Shown here: in pieces, positions 25,683 to 37,779 of the stretch
Position numbering within the stretch: the stretch's first letter is position 1
Layout of the letters: every line of letters begins with the position of its first letter
Source: Octopus sinensis
Taxonomy: Eukaryota
Assembly (NCBI RefSeq): GCF_006345805.1
Contig: NC_043001.1
Span: 40,672,001-40,736,000, forward strand
Direction: 5' to 3'
DNA length: 64,000 bases
Notes under the pieces: model-generated
What the model was told of the DNA's origin: nothing
Databases searched by the model: none
The model's input: only the letters and a program-made list of their open reading frames with translations
Made by a program: the position numbers and the translations under genes

Positions 25683-26552
25683 TGAGGTAGTATCAAACAG
25701 TTCCAGGACTAGTTCAGTAGCATGCCAACATGGTTGCATGTGCAGTGGGAGCTAGCAGTAACCTTCATGAGGCAGTGTGCCAAATGACATCATTGTGTTT
25801 GCTTTGCAAGTTGTGAAATTTGTGTTTTTGCGAGCACATGTATGCTATAGTCTGTGATTTTGTCATTGACAGGAACAAATTTTGTGCTAAACTTGGGAAG
25901 TCTGCTACAGGGACATTGAGTATTCTTTGGCAAGCTTACGGTAATGAGCCAATGGGTTGTAAGCAATATTTCAAGTGGTATGGATGCTTCAAAAGTGGAA
26001 GAACATCAATGAAAGATGATGAGCAATCTGGAAGACCTGCCATGAGTGTCACCCCCAGAAATGTGGTATTGTGCATCAGGAATTTGTTGCCCAGGGCCAG
26101 ACTGTCAATTGAGAGTTCTACTGCAACATTTTGAAGCATTTGAGGGAGGACATTTGGTAAAAACACCCAAATTTGTGGAGTGCAAAGAATTGGGTTCTTC
26201 ACTGAGCTCTCCTCACTTGTGAATTTCTTGCTAAAAACAACATGGTGTTCCTTCTACACCCACCCTATTCACCAATTTTAGCACCTGTGGACTAACATCT
26301 CTTCCCCAAGATGAAAATGCAGCTCAAAGGTCACCGTTTTAACACAGTTGTCAAGATCCAGAGTGGGTTGCAGAAGGTCCTTGACTTGCTTACAGAAAAT
26401 GACTTCCAGGCTGGATTCCAATAGTGGCAGGAATGCTAGGACCAGTGTACTGCTGCTCAAGGTGACTATTTCAAAGGAGATGATGTTAAAACTTAGGTAA
26501 ATAAGTTATTCTTAATTAAACATTAGTCCAGTAACCTCTTGATACTACCTCA
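25683..26552 (+). mobile_element. Internally deleted mariner with TIRs and TA TSD
   Basis: TA|tgaggtagtatcaaacagttccaggacta versus tagtccagtaacctcttgatactacctca|TA; peptides KFCAKLGKSA, FKSGRTSMKDDEQSGRP and HPPYSPILAP. Confidence 0.9.
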
Positions 26553-26821
26553 TAGCCCAACACTTTAAATGGCCTTGATCAACATGCAAGAAAGAATAGG
26601 CAGAAATTTCACATGGTGTACCTAATGTAAATAATAGGTGCACAAGGATCCATAGTGGGATCACAGGCAGGTTAACATAGAAGATAGACTTCATAAGCAG
26701 TCTGTGCACAGGGATAATAAGCACAATATAGAAGACTGCACAGATACAGACATACAATGTGTATAGAGAATGACTGGTGGATAAAGAAATGCATCTCATA
26801 AAAGGAGATAATAAAGACCTG

Positions 26822-27449
26822 GGATCTTTGTGGTTTTCGTCACTGTTTACAATTTTGTTCCAATTGTTTTCAAATTTGATATATGGATTAAGTTTGGTAT
26901 ACTAGTTATGAAAATGAAATTAATTTTTCCTATAAATCCATAATTAAGATAAATAGTTATTAACCTTTAAAATTTGCAAAATTTGGGTATTTTAGCCAAT
27001 CATAAATGAGTATTTTAGACATCATCGTGGTGAAGAAGTCTGTTTCTATAGTAACCAAAGCAAAGAAGCATCGCGTGTTCTATAGCTGATTGCAAATAAC
27101 TCTGTTTCCATAGTAATGAAAGATGCTGCACATGCATACAAGGAGTGTAACCACCACATGTTCTATAATTTTCACAACAGATGGAACTCATAATCAACAA
27201 TTTTAGTTTAATGTTCTGATATGCTGATGCCCACTGTTCCCTGATGATAGAAGAAGCAGTGAACATGCTGTTTTCTGATTGGTTGAAAATTCTGAAAATT
27301 ATCAAACTTTGAACACCTGTAACATTTTTGAAAAATTTTTCTGGAATAAATAACAAATTCGAATTCAGCATCAAAAATTACATCTATTATGATACATTAA
27401 AAAATTGTTTTAAAGAAAATTGTAAACAGTGAAGAAACCACAAAAATCC
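26822..27449. mobile_element. 628-bp non-autonomous DNA transposon (MITE) with GG termini and 8-bp TSD
   Basis: Imperfect TIR ggatctttgtggttttcgtcactgtttacaatttt / aaaattgtaaacagtgaagaaaccacaaaaatcc; TSD aagacctg at 26814-26821 and 27450-27457. Confidence 0.85.
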
Positions 27450-28665
27450 AAGACCTGTTGTCAACCGACAATGTGCAATATGGGAGAAGACCTAACCACC
27501 TATGAAAGCATGGCAAAATGTACCATGAAATGCTGGGTAAATGATGGAGACTGGGATACATAATATCTATTTACATCTGGGCAATTTGCCCATTTCGAAC
27601 CTGCTTTCTATCTTCATATGCTGTCTTTCTTATCTATTTAATAACTTCTCATCTCTTTAGCACCTCCCTTTCTCCTGCTTGCTGAACCATGCTACCTATG
27701 AAATGAAGGAAAACTTTAGACCACTTGCCCTACCACTATCCATATCTCTTTCAACTCACCTCACTTTCTTGTCATGTTGCCTGAATAATGAAAATTGTAT
27801 CGAATCTGCTGGCATCTAATACATTCTTTTATTTACTCCCTTGCACTGTTAGCAATAATCCTTCTTCCTCAGGTTATTCCTTCATTAATATCAATCACTT
27901 ATCGTCACTATCTTGATTGTTTGTCACTGGCACTTTTTTTTACCAGTGAACATTACCCTCCTATACTTCTAGCTGCCAATCTCTCTTTCTCCTAGGTCAC
28001 TCATAATTGACATCCATCACACTTTTATCATCAACCATTTCTAAAACCATCCATCACTAACTCACCCTTTCTTGTCAGCAAATACATAGCTTCTATTAGT
28101 ACCTTTCTCTCTTAATCCTATGCTATTGTCTCTCTCATTTTACTCTGCTGTTACTCTTTCTCTCTCTCCTCCTTCCTCTTCCATGCTCTTACCCCAAACA
28201 CTTTGTTTCCTCATTTTGTACTCTTATTTTTCTCCACTTCACTGCAGTTCAGCTTCTGCAATCACCCACTCTTTTATCCTGCTATTAGCCATGCTATCCA
28301 GAATTAATGGAGACACTATTGAGCAGAGAAGACCCCATTGTTCTGTGAAGCACAAGGAAACTTCACTATTGCTGATCCTGTACATCCTGTAAAGTTGTTG
28401 GTGAATGAGCAGAGAAAACAAGACAAAACAAAAGGGATCAAGAGGCCCCTTTAGTTTTGTCTTGTTGAAGACACAACAATCTCTCTAGCACTGGTAGTGC
28501 TCAATCACTTCATCTCCACTCTGTTTACATAGGATTGAGTTTGTAGAATAAGTTGTTCTACATCTAAATCCATTTCTTTGCTTAGTCAAAAAGAATTACA
28601 GCAGCAAGCTAGGAGTGAATTTAGTTTCTTTAGATTAAAATATGAAAACAATGTTGTGTACTTAC

Positions 28666-28725
28666 TTTTCCAGTGTCTCCAGGTGCGGGTTGCAGAGTAA
28701 CAGAAGCTGGAGCATTAGGAGGCAA
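28666..28725 (-). CDS. ARRB1: beta-arrestin exon, 60 nt: LPPNAPASVTLQPAPGDTGK
   Basis: Acceptor tgtcttcag|TTG, donor AAA|gtaagt; arrestin SVTLQP motif. Confidence 0.96.
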
Positions 28726-29849
28726 CTGAAGACAGAAAGAAAACCATGAAGTATATTATAACATTAGCAAGCCTGAATCATTGCAAAATAAATAAGCAAT
28801 TCAAAATGGAAAGTAAATGTAACATTTGTTTTTCTCACTTCGATTGAATTGTTTTAAAAAAAACAAACATTAGCAAGAATTAATAGAACTAGAAACATTT
28901 GCAAATTGGAAGCTGTACATATTTTCTAAACCAAATGAGAGAAGTGTAAGGCAGAAATTACAATTATTCATTTATAACCAGCTGAAATAAGTTACTCTTG
29001 GCTCTGTGAAGCAACAAAAAAGTCATCTCCTTCTAATTCGATCAATGCTCAACTACAGAGTTGTCTTCCTGCGGATGGTAGCCCTAGAAGCCTAACCCTT
29101 TAGCATTCAGATTAATTTATCAAATGTAATGCTTATTTACATACATTTAAAAAAATTAATTCATGTAGCATCTTGTAGTTTCAAGATTTTGAAGATGCGA
29201 TCGTTTAGTTTTAGAATGATATTGTAGGGTAAGTGAAAGAAGATGGATCTGGCCAGTTTCAACATAAAACAGGTAGAATATTTGGGCCAGATATGGTTAG
29301 TTCAAATGCTAAAGAGCTAAATCCCAATATCCTTCAGGAGAGATGTCAACAACTTAGTATATATATGTGTGTATGTATGTATCAGGCATGTACTGTGAGT
29401 AAATACTCAGAGTAGATAGTAAGTATCAGTAAAGCAAATCACTTGTTAATAAAAGGCATTATAATCAGAGGCTGCCTTTGATCAACAATTGATTTCTTCT
29501 GAACTCTGGCATCTCATGTATTCTGGTATATACTGATCCTAAGATGACAGGTGTGAATATCCTTGCCAGTCATTATAGACTTAGCAGTGAGTGTTGATGG
29601 AGTATCATCATCACAAAATAAATGAACAGTATCCTTTGTTCAAACAAATATGCATTCAGATTCAGTTGATGTCAAGAAAAAGTGTCCTTAAATGTGTCAC
29701 TCCCATTGAGGTTGATACCTCTGTTGTTGGTGGGTGTGTGGGGTGGGGGAGAAACAACAGCATACCACACATGATAACAGAGGAAATGATGGCAACTGAA
29801 CAGATACCATTTGCCATAACTCTTTATTTACAATATTTCTGCTGAAATT

Positions 29850-30056
29850 AAGGTGGCGGACTGGCAGAAATATTAGCACGCTGGGCGAAATGCTTAGTGG
29901 TATTTTGTCTGTCTTTACGTTTTGAGTTCAAATTCTGCCGATGTCAACTTTGCCTTTCATTCTTCCAGGGTCAATAAATTAAGTACCAGTTGCATACTGG
30001 GGTCAATCTAATCGATCCCCCCCCAAAGTTCAGGCCTTGTGCCTTGAGTAGAAAAG
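29850..30056 (+). mobile_element. SINE type A with TSD
   Basis: Head aaggtggcggactggcagaa; TSD aatatttctgctgaaat (29832-29848) and aatatttttgttgaaat (30057-30073). Confidence 0.86.
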
Positions 30057-30862
30057 AATATTTTTGTTGAAATACACAGCCATTGTTTCATTTAAAACTG
30101 AGAATAATAAAGAATTTAAACTAATTCGTACTATCAAGCTAATGTTCGGAATGTAAATTACAAAAGAATTAAAAAAAAAAAATTCAGTTTTATACTACTT
30201 TAAAATATGAAGTTGTTATCATAGAACAAGTGGTCTCAGGCAGGTTGGTGTTGAAAGAGTTAATCAACTGAGAAAAGAAGCTGATAGGGCCAAGATGGCA
30301 CACAACAATTGTGGACACAGTCCTTGTGCATCATTGTGGTACAGAATCTGAAACTATGGAGCTTCTACTGAGATGCTTTCTAATATAAGAATCATCCACT
30401 TTAGGTCTTATAATGTACAATGAAGATGTAGAGAAATATGTTTAGCTTTGGATGGACAAAACCAGCTGAATGAGAAATGGATCTGCTAAGAAAAAGTAAC
30501 TGGAAGAATGTTTCATTTACTCTAACTCAAAGTTTTCCTTTTCTAAATTTTGCACCAATGCAACAACTGATTTTATAAAATCTAAACATATGAAAGGAAA
30601 AGTTTTTAATTTAATGTGTTCACTATGATGTCAAAATTCAATACTTGTCATTTCATCATCATCATTTAATGTCTATTTTCCATGCTGGCATAGGTTGGAT
30701 GGCTTGACAGGAATCACCATCACCAATGCTTTTTATGTGGCACCAGCACCCACACCAATAATTTTTAAATAATCAAGTGAATATGAAGAAATTTACAAGC
30801 TACAAAAAATATATCTGGTAGCAGCTGAAATACAATGGCACAATTTGAAATAGAATACTTAC

Positions 30863-31104
30863 TTCAAAATAAAACGGGTAAGCATTTGGACCAAGCTTCT
30901 TGATGAGTCTTCCTTGGAGTCGTGTCAAAGGTCGTTCTTGGTCTTTTGGTGGTGGATACACTTGTACAGATGACAGGAAGAGGTCTTTGCGGAATGTGAG
31001 TCCTAAGACATCCAAATCTTCTCTGCCATAGCGAAATGCAGCTAAGATATGAGCATAGACCTTGCGATCCTTTAAGTAATCTGGCTCCACAAGGATGACA
31101 CCAT
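30863..31104 (-). CDS. ARRB1: beta-arrestin exon, 242 nt: (D)[80 protein letters not shown]
   Basis: Acceptor ctctttacag|AT, donor GAA|gtaagt; overlaps ORF 30800..31090. Confidence 0.97.
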
Positions 31105-32139
31105 CTGTAAAGAGGAGAAACGAAAGTGGGAAACTTAGTGTTTATAAAATTATGGACATCATGATGTATATGTTATATAACTCTGTGGAGAGAAATGCAG
31201 CTAACTTAATGGATTTATAAAGTAAATAGATAAAAACATGGGTAACACGAATTGTTAAGCCCCAAATAAGCCCTATTATCAAAGGCTTTGCATTTATGGA
31301 CACTTACTCCATCTTGTTTTCAAGAATAATGTATCTAGGATTATATTATTCAATTTCTCCTTTTCATTTTGAAGATGATAGAGTATAATTTGAGGTGGAT
31401 TTGCATGTCATTTCTAGTAATTTAATCAGCAACATGGAGACTCCTTCACTGCCTCATGGGTAACTTGAGTTTATAATATAGTTAAAGCTGATATGCTAAA
31501 AAAGCATCTTATGTATTTAGGAATAATTTATAGGACACCAAGCAGACTGAATATTTTACAGTTTTCTCATCCACAAGAAAAAAAAAATCATTTTTTGAAA
31601 TACATAAAATAAATGCCAGTAATACTTAGGAAGGTAACTGAGAAACAAGTGATGAACTGTGAACTGCGAACTGCACAAGTAGTAATAAGCAAAATAGGTT
31701 TTTGGTTGTATGTAATAAGTATGTACATATATTAAATAAATGAATGAAAAGGCCGGAGACACAGCACTCAACCGATAAACATGAAATGTAAACCAATGAA
31801 CAAATACAAACACAAGATCACACAAACAGTGAAGGATATAAATACATGACTTAATTGTAACAATTTTCACCTGAAGATCAAAGTGGCATGAAAATTTCAG
31901 TTTCAAAAAAACTCTGTGTATGTACATATATGTGGGTGTAGTGGGTGCTTTTACGTACCACTGGCATGGGTGCCATTTGTGTGACGCTAGTATATTACTA
32001 ATGTGTCCATCTGTTCTAATTTAATTAAATTCTATGTCTTTGTGTAGCTGAAGATTGCTCTACATCTAATTGATGTAATGATGGCATTGTTCAATTAAAT
32101 GGAGTCACATGAAACCATCGTACTGCATTACCTTGTTGC

Positions 32140-32155
32140 TTATTTTGATTTTATA

Positions 32156-32196
<41 letters not shown>

Positions 32197-32206
32197 ACAT
32201 ATATAT

Positions 32207-32238
<32 letters not shown>

Positions 32239-32455
32239 CACACACACATATATATACATATATATATACACACATATACAAATATATATAAGTATATATA
32301 CATATATATACGTATATATACAGATATATATATATATACATATATATATATACACACACACATATATATATATGTATATATATACACATATATATATACA
32401 TATATGTATATATATATATACACATGTATGTATGTATGCATGTATGTATGTATGA
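32140..32455. repeat. (TA)n/(CA)n compound microsatellite
   Basis: Direct reading. Confidence 0.95.
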
Positions 32456-32811
32456 GTAATTAATCAGAAAGCACCTGCAGCAAGCCCAGATAAAATTTAT
32501 ATGAAATAGAGGAAGAAATAAAAGGAAGAAGCAATAATCAGAAATGATTTAGATAGGAAAACATATTGAAGAAAACCAAAGGTAAATGAAGTAAAGAGAG
32601 GACAGAAGAAAGAGACAGAGAGCTGCAAAATGAATTAATATTATCTTTTCTCCCCTCTTTCATTTTTCCTTAACACTCTACTCATATTTTAGAATGGTAG
32701 GAAATAAAATAGAAATTAAAAAGAACAGCAATTCAATAAAAATAGGAAAGGTAAAAATACAAATAGTACAAAATAGTTTTTAAAAAGCCAACATTTTATA
32801 GTTCCAAAATA

Positions 32812-32823
32812 GTAGTAGTAGTT

Positions 32824-32870
<47 letters not shown>
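32812..32870. repeat. (TAG)n microsatellite
   Basis: About 19 tagtag units. Confidence 0.93.
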
Positions 32871-32871
<1 letters not shown>

Positions 32872-33958
32872 ATAATGTTCACTAATTAACTTGATGCCAG
32901 AATGACTAGTGACAATACACTAACATAAAGATTAGGTAACACTGAAGAAACATGTTTTAGAAGGATAAATGACTTAACACGACAGTTCTCTGAATATAAT
33001 ACTACCAGTATTACTGAGAAACCTTGTTAAGCCTGAAAAGCAAATTTACCATTTTGTTGCAGTAAACACAGGCTAGTATTACAATTAAGCAACCATATTA
33101 TCTCTGAAGGTCAAATAGGCAAAATTCGAACAATTCTGCCATAGTAATGAGTAAAAATATCTTTAAAAGACAAGTGAACTAAATTTGACTATTTTCCAAC
33201 AGACGAAGTACTCCCAAAGTACTCCGGATTAACTATATAACCTTCTGATTTCATTCCTTTCATTTATTTAGCTGATAAAGAATATTATATAAATTCTTAA
33301 TAGAAAGAAATTTGTTGCAATGAACTAAAATTTTTGAAAAAACATGATCAAAGTTATAACATTCTGTTTTCTTTTATGACAAAATGCAATTGTATTTTTG
33401 AAGCTTTTCTGAAGTGGACAATCTATACTATAATGGACAAAGCTGCTTATTAACTAGGTATGTAACAATTACTAAAGGTACTAAAAGAAAGCAATTATTA
33501 AAAGCTTGACCATCTGGAAATATTTTTTATAAATTCATGATCTAAGAAATTGCCTATAATTTCGATTTCTGAAGTTTATTGAAGTTTTTAAACTCCCTAT
33601 TCTCGCAAATTTAAATATTCATTGCATTCACTGCAGAGTAGATTTTAATGTTTAATAATAAACACTATTAATTCGTTGCAGGCAACATTTTACATTTTTA
33701 TTTGCAACAGTCTCTCATTCTCACTCACCTCTATTTTCATTAATGATAATTTAATAACAGCTATATATAACTTTGATACGAAGCTAAATTTCAAGAATAG
33801 TATCAGTTTCTGGAGTTTGTTAAATGAATATTTCCGATAAAATGAAAATTTTTTTAATATACTGTTATAATTTTTAAGTGATTTTGTGTTGAATGAATGC
33901 ATGCTATTAGACAAAATAACTGTATAACTTAGATACGAGGAACAATTTCAAGAATATT

Positions 33959-34359
33959 CTTTTCTACTCCACGTACAAAGCATGAAATTTTGGGGAAGGA
34001 GGGGGGAGGCAGTCGATTGGATCAACCCCTGTACACAACTGGTACTTAATTTATCAACCCTGAAAGGATGAAAAGCAAAGTTGACATCAGCAGAATTTGA
34101 ACTCAGAAGGTAAAGACAGACGAAATACCTATTTCTTTACTCACAAGGGGCTAAATACAGAGAAGACAAACAAGGACAGACAAATGGATTAAGTCGATTA
34201 TATCAACCCCAGTACGTAACTGGTACTTATTTAATTGACCCCGAAAGGATGAAAGGCAAAGTCGACCTCGGCGTAATTTGAACTCACAACATAGCGGCAG
34301 ACGAAATACCATTAAGCATTTCGCCTGGCGTGCTAATGTTTCTGCCAGCTTGCCGCCTT
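33959..34359 (-). mobile_element. Dimeric SINE type A (full copy plus headless copy) with TSD
   Basis: Two cores gaaaggatgaaa(a/g)gcaaagt; flanked by acaatttcaagaatatt at about 33942 and 34360. Confidence 0.85.
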
Positions 34360-34559
34360 ACAATTTCAAGAATATTATCAGTTTCTGGAGTTTGTTAAAT
34401 AAATATTTTTGATAAAATGAAAACTTTTTAATATACTGGTATAATTTCTTCTTTTTAAATGTAGAAGTGATTTTGTTCGTATGGCTACTTGGAACACTAT
34501 AAGCCTTACAATAATAACTATGTGATTGCTGCTATTTCTAGCAAGCTAAACAAGATAGT

Positions 34560-36156
34560 TTTTAATGAGCTTTCATTTATATATAATATGTGACTGAAAA
34601 AGAAAATTTAGCAGCAAAGGCACAACAGTAGAGAGAAAGACAGGCAACTGAATTAGATGAAACCAGAGCAAAGCGACTGAAACAGATGCCTGAATATGCA
34701 TGGAGATGTAGACATGATTCTGTTTCTCCTACATATGACTGACAGGTTAGAGTACCTTGTGAGGAGAATATTCTACTTCAAAATAATGATCTTAAATCAC
34801 AAATTGTTGATGCAACACTAAAGAGATCGTTTCTTTGCACTCATGTGGAAGTAGTAGAGTTGACAACCAATCTAAGACTTCTTACAGAAGGTCATTCTGA
34901 TGAAAGAGAGTTTGCTAATTACCTTGTTGATGTAAGAAACGGTAACATTTCTGTTGAACAAAGCCTAGGTGAATTCAAAATCAACCTACCCAATGACGTT
35001 TGTGATTTTGTATATGCTGACCTAAAAACATAACTTCACAAACCCTATGAGGTTTGCAAATAGAACCATTGTTACTCCAATAAAAGAAGCAGCACAATTT
35101 GTGGGTGATTTTCTGTTGACCAAGATCCCTGGTGAGCTAAAAATATATAAGAGCTCAAATACAGTTTATAATGAAACTCTATCTAATTAAGTTCATCAGC
35201 AAACTTCCATTATCAGGGTTTCCACCACACATTTTCAAACTGAAAGAAAAATGATGCATAATGCTTCTGAGAAATTTAGATGCTACTAATGGACATTGCA
35301 ATGGAACACACTACATCATTGTCAGTTTACATGATCATGTTACCGAGGTTGAGGTTGCTTCTGGTCCTTATGCAGGATCAACTTTGCTAATCCCAAGAAT
35401 ACCACACGTATCTCAAGAAATGGAATTACTATTCACATTTACATGCAAACAATTTCCTGTCAAGCCAGCTTTTGCCTTGACACGCAACAAGGCATAGGGA
35501 CAGACTTTTGAACAAATTGGAATATATCTTCCAACACAATTCTTCTTACATGGTCAGCTGTGTGTTGCATTATCAAGAGTTCAAAAGAATGCTAATGTAA
35601 AAATATTGGCTGAGAGAAATGGAAGCAGTATGATTACTGACAATTGTGCCTACAAGGAGATACTACTATAAAGCAAAATATGCTTTTTAGCAAGTTTCAG
35701 TAAATAGAATTAACACATAAATTATATGTAAAACAACATATATTTGTGTAAAATTAAATTGTTTTGGCATATTTCAACACATGCCAAATGAATAATATAG
35801 TTATATTAGGTCATTTTAAATTTGGGTAAATTTGTAAAAGTAAGGAATCATTTCCATGTGTTCTCACAGCACCAGACTTTTGTATGTGTGAGTGTGAGTG
35901 TGTCCCCATCCGTCCATTCGTCCATCTAGCTATCTATGCGCACTTATGTAAGTTCTACCAATTATTAATGCTAAATATATATAACAGATTGACTGATAAA
36001 ATAATGAAAGCAATATTTACTAAGCAAGTGAGCACTATTATACAAAGAAATAATTAGATGTAAAATATCATAAAAATTATTAGAATTGGGAATCAAATGT
36101 GGAAATATTATCGAGTCGCTAGCAGAAAACCACCCGGAGGGAGGTCTTTTTGCTAG
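34560..36156 (+). mobile_element. Decayed Helitron 3' part: PIF1-like helicase remnant plus terminal hairpin and CTAG
   Basis: LTTNLRL..EREFANYLVDV, MLLRNLDATNGHCNGT, KQFPVKPAFALTRNKA*GQT and HGQLCVALSRV; hairpin acc-a-ccc(gga)ggg-a-ggt at 36129-36145, then CTAG|T at 36153-36157. Confidence 0.9.
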
Positions 36157-37439
36157 TATGAATAATTTATATTATTGCCATAAGTACATTATATACACAC
36201 ACACATATATGAGAGAGAAAGGGGGGGGGAGAGAGCAAATAAGTAAAATTGTTTGGTTTATCTATCTATCTGTCTATATAGAGAAGGAGTAGAAGTGAAA
36301 ATTAGGTGTTTTAAAAGTAAATGTAATTTACGATTAAGATATTGTTTGGTAGAATTGAATTAGAACCATGAAAAATGAATAAATAAAACAAAACATGTGT
36401 GTGTGTATGTGTGTGCAACAGTTAACACTTTGAAACAAGGAAATTTTGTGTAGAAGTTAACTTACATTTACTTGTATATGCATGTAGACAACGCAGATGA
36501 GTGAGTTGAAAGTATATTTTACCAGACAACCAGATAAGATGCCAGTGATTCATATTCTGTCACCAGCACTATGATGTGTCTAAGACAGCTAACTGACTCT
36601 GAAATGACCCAATCCATTTAGCTGTGAATAGGTACAGCAAGGTAAGAACACATGCCATTGTAGCCAGCAACAGGACTGCAAAATCTGACAATAATAGTGC
36701 TAAATTAAACACCTTCATAAAAGGAACTGGATGTTACTAGTGTCATGTAGTTGTAAATAAAACTGGTTATTTGATCGTGAAAAATTATGAAGCTCAATCA
36801 TTTTGACAATGGATCAAGGAGAAGCTAAATATGTATGTATATAGCTGTGTGTCTCTTCTTTCTTTATTCATCTAAATTATTGACCAGAGATAATTTCAAT
36901 GTAAGATAAAAGGCTATTTTATTACAATTAAGAAAAGAAATCCATGGGTGTGGTTTTGTGGCCATTGCTTGGTTATATGGTTTCATGTTAATCTCTTTGT
37001 GGGCTGCTTTGGGCAGATGCCCATTACTATAGTATTAGGTCAACCAAAGCCTTGTGAGTAAAATTTAGTAGGCAAAAACTGCGTGATAGCCCACTGGAGG
37101 GATCATTCTTGTTTTTATATGGTAGACGTATTTCATTGCTCAGTTTAATACCATCAGCTGACCTTTTGAGTGTTTTTAATGGAGTTCCTTTTGTTGCAGG
37201 TATGCAGTCTTGGTGTCAAGTCTAAAGATAAATTTCTTCCTTTGTCAGTAATTATTTCAAAAGCCCTGAAAACGATAAATTTTTGCCACAAAAAATTCAC
37301 ATTGCACTTCAGAAGCCTGTTTAACCACCCCCTCCTATTTTTTTAATAACTAAGTCAAAACAGGGTGAGGTTGATATTTATAGCCTTTCCAGAACTTCCT
37401 AAAATGACAAGACACATAATGTTCAGCATGTGTAGTGCT

Positions 37440-37462
37440 GACAGAAAGACATACAAACACAC

Positions 37463-37505
<43 letters not shown>

Positions 37506-37670
37506 TATATAATGTACCCCTTTCAGTTTCTCTCTACCAAACCCACTCACGAGGCTTTGGCTGACCCTAGGCTATAGAAAAAGATACTTGCCCAAGCTGC
37601 TACAAAGTGGGACTGAAACCAAGAACCATGTGCTTGGGAAGCAAGCTTCTGACCACACAGCCACTAAACT
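37440..37670 (-). mobile_element. SINE type B
   Basis: ttcagtttctctctaccaaacccactcacgaggctttgg...gggactgaaaccaagaaccatgtg. Confidence 0.8.
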
Positions 37671-37779
37671 TGTTCATGAATTTTTAACCGAAATAATTTC
37701 CAAATATTTCATACATAAACTTGCACACATATATACATAGATGTGTCTGTGCTTCACAATCTGGACTGGCCAGATGAAC

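Larger units (their letters stand above)
3662..31104 (-). other. ARRB1: Non-visual (beta-)arrestin gene, kurtz/ARRB-like; 10 coding exons in window, 5' exons missing
   Basis: The hand-spliced exons form one open frame with the finger loop [18 protein letters not shown](L)[13 protein letters not shown], clathrin box LIQLD and AP-2 motif DDFIFEDFARLRL. All introns are GT-AG with matching phases. The symbol denotes the family; invertebrates typically have one ARRB1/2 co-orthologue. Confidence 0.97.
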
